From: Raja brachyura
Lineage: Eukaryota
Length of the DNA stretch: 64,000 nucleotides
Reading direction: 5' to 3'
Assembly: GCA_963514005.1 (NCBI GenBank)
Contig: OY740826.1
Location: 2,728,001 to 2,792,000 of the forward strand
Under the pieces are notes generated by a model. That model was not told the DNA's origin and did not search any database. It saw nothing but the letters and a program-made list of their open reading frames with translations. How positions within the stretch are numbered: position 1 is the stretch's first letter; the number at the start of each line of letters is the position of its first letter. The position numbers were made by a program, and so were the translations under genes. Of the stretch, positions 37,101 through 49,209 are shown piece after piece.

Positions 37101-38980
37101 AATGGATGTTGGACCACAAAGTGTTTGACAATATTGTAGATCGGTATGGAACACCAGATATCGACTTTTTGCATCCAGACTCAATCATCAAATACCAACA
37201 TATGTTGCATGGGAACCAGACCCTGGGGCAGTAGCGATGGACGCTTTCTCGCTGCACTGGGGGGGATTTGTTTTTCTATGCATTTCCCCCCTTCTGTCTC
37301 ATCAGTCGGGTCTTGCAGAAAATTCAACAAGACTCCACATCGGGTATTCTGGTTGTACCAAACTGGCCTACTCAGCCATGGTTCCCTGTGGTACTGGACA
37401 TGGTCTCAGAACCATGCATTCCAATACCCAAACGTCCGAGTTTACTGGTACATCCTGTGATGGGGGAGAGTCACCCATGCCATGACCGGATTAACATATT
37501 GGTTTGCAGGGTTTGAAAAGGCCACTCCTGGATTTCGGATTCTCGGACCAAACAATAAATATCATCACAGCATTGTGCAGGGAGTCGACCAGTAGACAAT
37601 ACGTCACTTACGTCAAGAAATGGGAGGTGTTTTGTACCAAGACAAACACCACATATAACACAGCCACCATTACAGAAATGCTGGAGTTCCTGGCAAGCCT
37701 TCATTTTGATCAAGGTTTCAGCTACAGTGCCATCAACTGTGCCAGGAGTGCCCTATCCTCATATCTCGGACTAGGTTTATATCATCTTGCAGTTGGGTCT
37801 CACCCCTTGGTGTCTAAACTTATGAGGGGTATTTTTAACTCAAATCTCCACAGGCCTAGATATTCCCAGACCTGGGATATTGGCATTGTGCTAACCATGC
37901 TCCGAGGGTAGGCACCAGTAACGTCTCTTTCCCTAGCCAAATTGACATACAAAATGGTAATGCTGATGGCACTTGTGACGGCGCAACGGGTCCAGTCCCT
38001 ACACAAGCTAAGTATGGACGCCATGGTTATAACCAACAATAAGGTAACTTTCTTCATTCAGGGGTTACTCAAACAAAACAGGCCTGGATCATCTGGCCGC
38101 AAGTTGGATTTCCTGGCCTATCCCGTAGACAGCAGCCTATGCATAGTGACCCACCTTTTACACTACATGGAGGTCACCAAGTGTCTCAGGGGCACGGAAA
38201 GGGCTCTGCTTATGTCACAAACGTCCTCATCACAGAGTCACCGTGTAAACTATTTCAAGATGGCTAAGGGTGGTTTTGGGTGCAGAGGGGGTGGACACTG
38301 ATGTTTTTAAATCTCACTCCACCAGGGCTACATCTACATTGGCGGCAAGGATGATGGAAGTTCCTATGGACCACATCCTTGCAACGGCGGGTTGGGCTAA
38401 TGAGAAAACCTTTCAGTGGTTCTATAATAAACCCATGGACGCACCTGAGATGTTTGCAGACACAATATTAAGTTCTGTATTATAATTTCCCCTAAGTAGG
38501 GTATTATTATTGTCATTTGTTAAATAAATACCCTTCTTGGTTTTCAGCACAGTTTCATGTCTGAAATACATTAACATACTTCCTCCATTTGTCATTATGG
38601 TAGTGTGTGAGCATTGTCTTCCTTCCAGGGCATGAAATCACAGCTTTGAAATCTTCACATAGTCACTCACGTGACTCCGAAGTAAAATAGTAAGATTAAA
38701 TGAGAACTTCCAGTTTGAAGTTTGATCTTTATTTTATGAGGCGTTACGATGAGGGATTACGTGCCCTCCGCTCCCAAACCCTCTATTATAAAGATCAACT
38801 GGTATGCTGGTTCTCTTATCTTACTATCTTAGTCAACTCTGTTATCTGTGATTTCACACCGCTGCTTTGAACAATGTCGCGCATGCATGCTGGCGGGGTC
38901 TTCACGTCATCCCTCATCGTAACTCTTCATAAAATAAAGATCAAACTTCAAACGGGTAAGTTCTCATTTAATCTTACTAT
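34163..38980 (+). mobile_element. Second DIRS1-like element, decayed (DIRS-B)
   Basis: Starts ATTTTACTTCGGAGTCACGTGAGTGAC and ends TTTAATCTTACTAT; ICR at about 38650-38770. Fragmented gag (34368-35500), RT/RH/MT (35614-37516; AYLDD, TDASAQGWG, YAFPPF) and YR (37504-38485; HSTRA, FQWFYNKP), with many stops and frameshifts. Confidence 0.93.
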
Positions 38981-39519
38981 CAGTGTCTACATTTCTGGCA
39001 ATGAATACAGTGACTATCATGGGCTTCCACTGCATTGAAGTCAGGAGCAGCACCCAGGGGCTGCTGCTAAACCGCTATTGTGAAAAAGAATAAGTTGTCA
39101 CAGATAAAATCGGAGATAATCAGCAAGCCAGGCAGCAACAACTGAGTGAATGTTTCATTCTTTCCTCACAGATGGGGAAAGTTGCCAGATAGAGACAGAC
39201 ATCTACAGGGATGAGGGAGGTCATCTGACTGGCCTCCCAGTTCAATATTAATGTCAGTGATCCACTCCAGAGCACAGGGAACTCATCCACTCCTCACTGA
39301 CACCATTTCCTGGGGTTGTGATGGTCTGAGATGGAGCAGCAGCATTTCCCCCGTTCCCAGGCCCACGGGAGGACATTTATCCGGCATCTTCTGCCCACTC
39401 TCCATGTCAAAGCTCCCTGGAGTCCTAGCTCCAAGCCCTGCATCCCAGACATGATATTGTCTCTTTCAGCAGCACTTCGGTCTCCCTTCCTGAGCTCAGA
39501 CACCCACTTCTCCTCACAT

Positions 39520-39735
39520 CACCTACTCTCACTCCTCCTCACTTACACACCCACACCTCGACTAAACCCCTCGCCTCAACCAATTCTCATGACTAAACCT
39601 CGCCTTCATTAAACTTCACCTCACACCTAAACCTCAACTCACTAAACTTCACCTCGACTAAACTTCACCTCAACTAAACCTCACACCTTGACTAAGTCCT
39701 TGACTTGACAAAACTTTACCTCACCTCAACTAAAC
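39520..39735. repeat. Low-complexity ACTAAACCTCAC-like degenerate satellite, continuing at about 43297-43706
   Basis: Irregular repeats of ACTAAAC and CTCACC motifs on both sides of the RTE/DNA-transposon nest. Confidence 0.75.
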
Positions 39736-39899
39736 GCCAAAGAAATCCATCCTTGTGGGGACATGGAACATCCGAACCGTGTTCCAGGCTGCCACAATTG
39801 CCAACAAATTGGTGCACAACAATCTCACTCCTGAGCTTGGCTGAAACAAGATGGACACAGTCAGGGGAGACCAAATTGGTCAGCGAGCAGTCCCTTATC

Positions 39900-40417
39900 T
39901 AGGAATGTAACAAAATGTTGAGATTTTAAAAAGCCGGTAATTTATCCCATCAGATAAAGCATAAAAGGAACTTTAATTTGACACATAATTCACTTTCATA
40001 TCTTCAGTATTAAAAAAGCTATGGCCATTATCATCCTCGGAAATTAGCATCTTGTTCCCTATTGCTTTTCCATTGACTTAACACAAAAGCTGTGACCAAG
40101 GACAGTAAAAAGCCAATCTTTCATAAAAATTAAGAGAACTGAATGATATTTTTCAGTTATTATAGATTGAAGCATTCTGAAACAAATATAAAACATCTTA
40201 CTTGGATGACCTGAAATTAAGCATATAATTAGCTAGTTACCTAATTACAAAATTGACAGATTTTTCTTCATCGACTAGCAGCCCGAGGAAATCCCTCTCT
40301 AAAAGCAGTATAAACCTACATTTTAATCCCGCCCCCCCCTCCCCCCAAGGCTCAAAGTTGCGCACAGCCAGTGGCAGATCTGCAGCGCCGCTGAAGGTAG
40401 TTTTTGTAAAATCGCTA
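39900..40417 (+). mobile_element. TAG...CTA TIR DNA transposon, copy A (internally deleted)
   Basis: TAGGAATGTAACAAAA...TTTTGTAAAATCGCTA; TSD is degenerate. Confidence 0.8.
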
Positions 40418-40468
40418 CTTTAATCTACTCTGGACAGGAAGAGCACTTAAGCATCGAAGGAGAAAATG

Positions 40469-43060
40469 TAGCAATGTTACAACATTTGAGATCTTAAAAA
40501 TCAAGTCTGCAATTTATCCCATCAGATAAAGCATAGAAAGAAGTTTAATTTCATTCCTAATTCACTTTCATATCTTCGGTATTAAAAAGGTTATGGCCAT
40601 TTTCAAACTCGGAAATTAGCATCTTGTTCCCCATTGCTTTTCCATTGACTTAACACAAAAGCTGTGATCGAGGACAGTCAAAAACCCATAACTTTCTTAA
40701 AAATCAAGAGAACTGAATGACATTTTCAGTTAATATAGATGGAAGCATTCTGAAACAAATATGAAACATCTTACATAGATGACCTGAAATGGAAGCATAT
40801 AATTAGTTAATTACCTAATTGTAGTTAATTACAAAATTGACCGTTGTGACTGAAATAGTAATAAACACCCAGACTACCTTGAAAATTCAAAAATGTGATA
40901 TTCTGAAGATCAGACCTTTAATATTATTGTATTATATGCTGTAAGTCCGTAACAGATAGGTAAATAAATTACAATTTCTAGCAATAGACCAAGTCTTTAT
41001 GGAGAAGATCAGTTGCTGCCTGGTACATTGGCAAATCATTATCAGTAGCATCATCATACTCCTCAGATTGTAAACAATAAGCAACTCTGTACACCTTGTT
41101 TTTCCTCAACTTTTCAATTTTGGCTACATTGTAAACTACAAGTTTTTGCTCTTCAAACCACGCATGACATGCCTTTCTGCCCACTACTTTCCCATTAAGA
41201 ATGTCCAGTAGATTCCATTTCTTAAGAAAAGGATATTTTCTTTAAATAGCCTAATAACAAACTGATCTGATTCACACAAGAATTCACAATATAACATGAT
41301 TTTTAAATCTCACTGTCATTAATTTATATGGCAGATGGAAGGAATTTAATGTTTAATTCCCACAAATAATCTAGAAACATCCACTCAATATAATTAAATT
41401 ATTATTTTTTTTACAATACATGGGACTAAAACTGATCTTTAGTATAAACATATTGACTATGAGTAGAAAATAACACAAAATATACACGATTTAGATGCTC
41501 TTATGACATAATTGTCCAAAAAAAAGCATTTAAATCATCTTGCGAGTGGGTTTTTCTGGAACGCGATCGATTGGAACGTTGCATTTGCGGTGAATTTGAA
41601 CTCCATATCGGCAGGAAAAACACGGCCGGTTCGTATGGGGCCTAAATCACATTTTCGCATCGTAACATTTGATTAAAGCCATCCCAAGAAGCAAGATTAT
41701 ATGTAAAATACACGACTTACATTTTGTTTTGTCCCTTTCATGTGATCCGTCACGTTGTAGGCGTTGAGGATGTTAGAAGTCGCTTGTTAATTTTAATGTA
41801 ATTATCAAATTGTCTCGCGATTAAATTAAAAAAAAATCTGGAACAGAAGTCGGATGGATAATTTTGAGCAGCTCGCAGCCCGAGGAAGTCCACCTCCGAC
41901 AGGCTGGAGAAGACGGCATTTTAATCCCGCCCCCCCCCCCTCAAAGTAGGTATGTTGCAAAACTTACCTTTAGCGGCGCTGCAGTTCTGCCGCTCCACTT
42001 GTGCGTGACTTTGGCGCCTTTCAGAGGGGGGCGGGCTTAAAGTGCCGTTATTTTCAACAGACCTGGATAATCGATGAATGTCGGGTGATTTCGTTGCGGA
42101 AGAAAAATCGCTCCGACATTTCATCAATAAAGGTATTTTTAAATTACTCTAAATTTTTTATTAACTAGAGTAATTTAAAAATCACCTTCAAAAGCTGTGA
42201 GCACTGACAAACGGAAGGATTTTCCGTAGGGCAGAAAAAAAGGTAAATAGTTTATTTTTATATTAAAAGTTGGTTTTTCGGGAGGCTTTAATATTATTTT
42301 TATGTTGCGAAATGGGGTCCCAAAAAATGTATGAACAAACAGTATTTTTCCTCCCGACTTCACTGCTAACCGCAACGTTCCAATCCACCGCATTCCACTA
42401 AAACCCACTCGCTAGTTGATTTAAATGGCCATTTATTTACAGGCAAAAAACACTAAATTCCTTCCATTTGGCCCAGAAATTCATGAAAATGAGATTTAAA
42501 AATTATGTTATATTGTGGGTTATTGTGTGAATGTTATTTGGACACTTAGGCAATTAAAAAAAAGTTTATCTTTTCTTAAGAAATGGATAAATGTTTAGAT
42601 CCACTCATTGAATTTTGTAATTAGGTACAATTAGATAACTAACTAATTATATGCTTTAATTTCAGGTCATCCAAGTAAGATTGTTTCATATTTGTTTCAG
42701 AATGCTTCAATCTATAACAACTGAAAATTTCATTGAGTTCTCTTAATTTTTAAGAAAGTTATGGGCTTTTAACTTTTCCAGATCACAGCTTTTGCGTTAA
42801 GTCAATTGAAAGGCAATGGGGAGCAAGATGCTAATTTCCGAGTATGAAAATGGCCATAACTTTCTTAATACTGAAGATATGAAAGTAAATTAGGTGTCAA
42901 ATTAAACTTCTTTTTATGCTTTATCTGATGGGATAAATTGCAGACTTGATTTTTTAAATCTCAAAATTTTGTAACATTGCTACTCAAAGGTGTCAAAGTC
43001 GTGCACACAGCCAGTGGCAGAACTGCAGTGCAGCTGAAGGTAAGTTTTGTAACATCACTA
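40469..43060 (+). mobile_element. TAG...CTA TIR DNA transposon, copy B (contains copy C and a coding remnant)
   Basis: TAGCAATGTTACAACA...TTTTGTAACATCACTA; TSD GAAAATG/GAAAATA; minus-strand ORF remnant at 40978..41184. Confidence 0.85.
41947..42982 (-). mobile_element. TAG...CTA TIR DNA transposon, copy C (nested in B, opposite orientation)
   Basis: Perfect 7-bp TSD CTCAAAG at 41940-41946 and 42983-42989. Confidence 0.9.
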
Positions 43061-43735
43061 GAAAATAGAGTAGGATTGGACACACCCTCAGGAAACCTGC
43101 CACAAACATCACCCGGCAAGCCCTGAAATAGAACCCCCAAGGGAAAAGGAAAAGAGGTCGCCCCAGGAACAGACAAATGTCTGAGAATCAGCTCAACTGG
43201 GGAGATCTCGAAAGAACTACCAACAACCGAGTGAGGTGGAAGACATTTGTCAATGGCCTATGCTACCTAGAGGAGCAAAGGGCTTAAGAAGAAGAACTAA
43301 ACCCCTCAACCACCTCGACCAAACATCACCTCAGCTAAACCTGACATCAGCTAAATTTCACACCTCACTAAATCTTGCTTCGATTAAACCCCTAGCTTCA
43401 ACTAAACCTCACATCAACTAAACCTCACACCAAACTACTCCTCACACCTAAACCTCGCTTCAATTAAACTCCTCACCTCAGCTAAACCTCACTGAAACTT
43501 TACCTCACTAAACATCGCCCCCAACTAAACACACCTCACTACTATATTTCACCTCACACCGAGACCAACTAAATCCTCACCTCAACTAAACTTGCCCTCA
43601 CTAAACCTCCCACCTCACAACTACACTTCACCTCAACTACACTTCACCTGAACTAAACCTAAACCTCAGCTAAATTTCACAACTGACCTCAGCTAAACCT
43701 CTCACCTCGCGCTCAATCGCCCGCGCGCCCCTCAC

Positions 43736-43900
43736 CTGACGATATATTTATAGCCCAACGGCGCCTCACGTGAGCGGAGCGGCTCCAACCAGAGCGCGGG
43801 TCACGTGGGCAGCTCGAGCCCTCGGCGGGAAAAGGCGCCAAAAGTCGTCGCGTGTCTCCCGCCATCCTCGCTTTCCCGCCATCCTCGCGGGTGGAGTGCG
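43736..43900 (-). promoter_or_regulatory. CpG-rich promoter and candidate first exon with E2F and E-box motifs
   Basis: Local CpG density; TCACGTGA (43766-43773), CACGTG (43802-43807), GGCGGGAAAA (43824-43833), GGCGCCAAAA (43834-43843), TCTCCCGCC (43855-43863) and TTTCCCGCC (43872-43880). Minus-strand donor CAG|GTGAGG at 43735. Confidence 0.7.
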
Positions 43901-44213
43901 TAGCCCTCCATGGAGTTGCTTTTACAGTGCAGCAGCTGCTGCTGTTGCAGTGTGGTGAAGCTTCTCCAGTTTAGCAACTCCTGCAGTGGAGCATCTCCTG
44001 CAGCAGCAGGGAAAGTTCAAGCCTCCACCATCTCCTCGGGCAGCGTGCCCCAGATTGCAACCACCCTCTGGGTGAGTTTAATCTCATACACGTTCGTTTT
44101 ATTGTTCTGTTATTGAGTATAGTCTGGTCTGCAGTTCCTTGTACCATCATTTTATTTTAATTCTTGACTCCAAATGCTACGTTTCCTCATCTGTTCTTGC
44201 CCCATCAGTGATG

Positions 44214-46309
44214 TAGCAATGTTACAAAATGTTGAGATTTTAAAAATCAAGTCTGCAATTTATCCCATCCGATAAAGCATACAAAGACGTTTAATTTGAC
44301 ACCTAATGCACTTTCAAATCTTCAGTGTTAAAACATTTATGGCCATTTTCATACTCCGAAATTAACATCTTGTTCCCCATTGCCTTTCCATTGACTTAAC
44401 ACAATAAGGTTCTGATCGACGACAGTCAAAAGCCCATAACTTTCTTAAAAATTAAGAGAACTGAAATACATTTTCGGTTATTATAGATTGAAGCATTCTG
44501 AAACTAATATGAAACAATCTTACTTGGATGACCTGAAATGAAAGCATATAATTAGTTAGTTACCCAATTGTAGCTAATTACAAAATTCAATTACTAGCAA
44601 TGTTACAAAATTTTGAGATTTTAAAAATCAAGTCTGCAATTTATCCCTTCAGATAAAGCATAAAAGGAAGTTTAATTTGACACCTAATTTACTTTCATAG
44701 CTTCAGTATTAAGAAAGTTATGGCCATTTTCATACTCGGAAATGAGCATCTTGCTTCCCATTGCCTTTCAATTGACTTAACTCAAAAGCTGTGATCTGGA
44801 AAAGTTAAAAATCCATAACATTCTTAAAAATTAAGATAACTCAATGAAATTTTCAGTTATTATAGATTGAAGCATTCTGAAACAAATATTAAACAATCTT
44901 ACTTGGATTACCTGAAATTAAAGCATATAATTAGTTAGTTATCTAATTGTAGCTAATTACAAAATTCAATGAGTAGATCTAAACATCTATCAATTTCTTA
45001 AGAAAAGATAAACTTTTTTTAAATTGCCTAAGTGTCCAAATAACATTCACACAATAATCCACAATATAACATGATTTTTAAATCTAATTTTCATGAATTT
45101 CTGGGCCAAATGGAAGGAATTTAGTGTTTGATTCCTGTAAATTAATGGCCATTTAAATCAACTTGCGAGTGGGTTTTAGTGGAATGCGGTGGATTAGAAC
45201 ATTGCGGTTAGCGGTGAAGTCGGGGGGAAAAATACTGGGGGTTCATACATTTTTTGGGGACCCCATTTCGCAACATTAAAATATTATTAATGCCTCCCGA
45301 AAAACCAACTTTTGATATAAAAATAAACTATTTACCTTTTTTTCTCCCCTACGGAAAATGCTTCCGGTTGTCTGCGCTCACGGCTTTTGAAGGTGATTTT
45401 TAAATTACTCTAGTTAATAAATAATCTAGAGTAATTTAAAAATACCACCATTCATGAAATGTCGGAGCGATTTTTCTTCAGCAACCAAATCGCCCGACAT
45501 TCATCGATTTGTCCTGCCTGTTGAAAAACGGCACTTTAAGCCCGCCCCCCTCTGCAAGGCGCGAATGTCGCGCACACGGGGAGCGGCAGAAGTGCAGCGC
45601 CGCTAAAGATAAGTTTTGTAACATACCTACAATTACTAGATCTAAACATCTATTCATTTCTTAAGAAAATATTAACATTTTTGTTAAAGCCTAAGTGTCC
45701 AAATACCATTCACACATGAATTGACAATATAACATGATTTTAAAATCTAATTGTCATTAATTTATAAGCCAAATTGAAGGAATTTTGTGTTTAATGCCTG
45801 TAAATTAATGGGCTTTTTAAACAGCTTGCGAGTGGGATTTTCTGGAATGCAATGGATTGGAAAGTTGTGGTTGCGGTGAATTTAAACCCTATATAGGCAT
45901 GTTCATATGAGGACTAAATCACTGTTTCGCAACATTAAATATTGATTAAAGTCCCCTAAACAAGCAAATGTATATGTAAAAATAAACAGCTTTCACTTAC
46001 CTGTCCCCTACGTAAAATCGGTCCCCGTTGTCGGCGTTCACGGCATTAAGAGCTAATTTTTATTTTACTGCAGCGCAGAAATAGTCGGGCGATTTAAAAA
46101 AAAAAAAAAAAATAATAATAATAATAATAACTTACCGGCAGTCGGAACGCATCTCCAGAAATAGATCGCACTCCGACAAAATATTATTCCGGATGGCAAG
46201 GGGAAAGCCGTATTTTAACCCCGCCCCCATCCTTAAAGGCGCCAAAGACGCGCACACGGCCAGCGGGAGAACTGCAGCACCGCTAAAGGTAAGTTTTGTA
46301 ACATACCTA
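44214..46309 (+). mobile_element. TAG...CTA TIR DNA transposon, copy D (contains copy E)
   Basis: Perfect 7-bp TSD AGTGATG at 44207-44213 and 46310-46316; internal poly-A/(AAT)n at about 46096-46128. Confidence 0.9.
44595..45629 (+). mobile_element. TAG...CTA TIR DNA transposon, copy E (nested in D)
   Basis: Perfect 7-bp TSD CAATTAC at 44588-44594 and 45630-45636; 1035 bp and very similar to copy C (1036 bp). Confidence 0.9.
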
Positions 46310-48267
46310 AGTGATGTCCCCTTGGTTCCACCAATCCACCCCAACCCCTCTCTACAACTTGTTTTTGTTCTTTTCTATTCTGGTGAAGGGTCTCTGATCC
46401 AAAACTGAACTGTTTCTTTCTCCAGAACTGCTGTCTAAACTGCTGAATTATTTTAAATGTCTTCTATTTTTATTTCAGATTTTTAGCATCTGCGATTCTT
46501 TACTTTACACTTTCAGTTTTTTGTTGTGACCTGCCAACAACGGATCAAAGGAAATCTGATATGTGATGTTGTAATCTACTGGGATTCAAGTAATTAGTAA
46601 GTGTTTCAATGGGAAGGTTCTACCTAGCCGGGATGGGCCCCCATTTTAGTTTTGTTTAGAGATTAGAGATACAGCGCAGAAACAGGCCCTTCGTCCCACC
46701 GAGCCCACGCTGATCACTGATCCCCGCTCGCTAACACCATCCTACACACACTCAGGACAATTTACACTTGTACCAAACCGATTATTCCTCAAATCTTTAC
46801 GTCTTTGGACTGTGGGTGGAAACTGAAGACCTTGACGAAAATCCACGCAGGTGATAAGTGATTGGAGCAGAATTAGGCCATTCGGCCCATCAAGTCTACT
46901 CCGCCATTCAATCGTGACTGATTGCTCCCTCCCAACCCCATTCTCCTGCTTTCTCCCCATAACCCCAAAATGTCTATTGGCTTGGCCTGCATAGCCTTCT
47001 GTGGCAAATAATTCCACAGAATCACCACCCTCCGAGCTGAAACATCACCATTACTTCTCTCCATTAATGTCTATCTTCGGGAAGAATACTGATTTATCTA
47101 ACTTCATGTAACCCTTTCATCCCCTCTCTCCCTCCCTTCCCTACCTATGTCATTGTACTACTTTCAAAGTCGTCTTGTTGTGTCTCATTGTCTGTAACTC
47201 ATTTTCACCAAGCTCTCAGCTAACAATGACCTATTTCCTTTATCATTGTTACATTTGTTTACATTTCTTTCATTCATTTGTTCCATATCTCACTATACAT
47301 TCAATTTCCCTCCTGGGATAAATAAAGTTCTATCGTATCTCGTATCATACAACCATCTATATCTCTCGTTGCCCCTTCCCTGACTCGACCCGAAACGTCA
47401 CCTGTTCCTTTTCTCCAGAGATGCTGTGTGACCCGCTGAGTTACTCCAGCTTTTTGTGTCTATCTTCGGTTTAAACCAGCATCTGCAGTTCCTTCCTACA
47501 TATAACATGTGTTAATTAGGTATACGGTGAGATTGTGTTGAAACTGTGATGTTTAAAACTTGCAGACTGTGGAAGTCAGAGCACCAGTTGTGACTGTGAG
47601 GCGTGGTGTTGTGTTGGAAGCACACAGATGGCCTGGGACAGAACACTTGCATTAGATGCATCAAGAAGTTGCTATGGAGAAGGTGCAGGACATTCCCCCC
47701 GGTTACAGCAGGGTTCCCTTCCTGGGAACCGTTCCCAAGCGGAACATGCGGCCGTGAATAGAGTTCCCATACGGCAGAAGATGCCTGTCGCCCTGCAGTA
47801 GCCGGTAAATCCATCCCACATCTCCCAGACACTGGCTCATGTGTACGGGCTGTAATTTAATGTGTCTGTAAGCTGGGGACGACCTACACCTCAAACAAGT
47901 CAAATCGGGGCTGGACAACGGTTCATTTTTCACGGTCATGTAGAAACAGACCCTTCGGCCCAACCTGTCCATGCTGATCAAGATGCCTCCTCTAAGCTGA
48001 TCCTATTTGCCCACGTTTCACCCATAGCCCTCTGACCTTTCTCATCCATGTACAAATGTCTTCGGAAAAATGTATTTTCAGATCAATGACCTTCATCAGA
48101 ACTGGATGCAGTCACATGATGTGGCCAGTTCTGATACAAACTGGAAAGGCTTGTTATCTGAAATTGCCCGTATTAATGACGACCTCAAGGATTGCACCAC
48201 ACGCTGAAGTGGTGCTGTTCCGCAAGATTTTGTCGGCTTCGTTGGAACAATGAGAATGGTTTAATCT

Positions 48268-48575
48268 GGGGCGACACGGTGGCGCAGCGGTAGAGTTGCT
48301 GCCTTGCAGCGCCAGAGACCCAGTTCGAACCTGACTACGGGTTCTATCTGTTCGGAGCTTGTACGTCCTCGCCGTGACCTGCATGGATTTTCTCCAAGAT
48401 TTTTGGTTTCCTCCCACACACCAAAGACATACAGGTTTGTAGCTTAAATGGCTTGGTATAACTAAATTCTCCCTGGTGTGTGTAGGATAGTGTTAATGTG
48501 TGGGAATCGTTGGTCACAGTGGACTCGGTGGGCCGACGGCCTGTTTCCGCATTGTACCTGTAAACTAAACTAAAC
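48268..48575 (+). mobile_element. tRNA-derived SINE, full length
   Basis: GGGGCGACACGGTGGCGCAGCGGTAGAG (A box)...GTTCGAACC (B box)...GGCCTGTTTCCGC...(TAAAC)3. Confidence 0.85.
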
Positions 48576-48629
48576 AATGCAGGTGAACTGATATTATGAT
48601 ATGCAATAGCCTGGAAAATCTGCAATTCA

Positions 48630-49066
<437 letters not shown>

Positions 49067-49209
49067 CTGATTAGCAGCAACAAAAAAGAGGTTGATTTGT
49101 CAATCGTAGTTGATGAACTGAGTGCGACAACCAGTCTGCATCACAACAGGACCGATCCCGCACAGTCAGAATATCCCAGTGGGAGCAGTTTAGGCCAGTC
49201 AGAAAATGC

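Larger units (their letters stand above)
39736..43296 (+). mobile_element. Internally deleted RTE-clade LINE hosting DNA-transposon insertions
   Basis: Pieces 39736-39899, 40418-40468 and 43061-43296 read GTWNIRT...LAETRWTQSG...LIYSG then IGHTLRKPATNITRQALK-NPQGKRKRGRPR, and end in (AAG)n. Confidence 0.75.

Noticed and set aside
43742-43752. TATA box (TATAAATA on the minus strand)
   Set aside because: It lies only a few bases from the candidate donor, so it cannot position a TSS for that exon; left unassigned.
39900-46316. Polinton, Transib/RAG-like or Academ assignment for the TIR family
   Set aside because: A first reading suggested GTAG termini with 5-bp TSDs, but TAG...CTA with 7-bp TSDs fits three copies perfectly. 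There are no CAC ends and no long TIRs.
47512-47981. Possible further zinc-finger or coding exon
   Set aside because: Unique-looking sequence, but no convincing C2H2 spacing or other motif in any frame.
48268-48345. tRNA genes
   Set aside because: These are tRNA-like heads of SINEs followed by SINE body and tail, with no complete cloverleaf.
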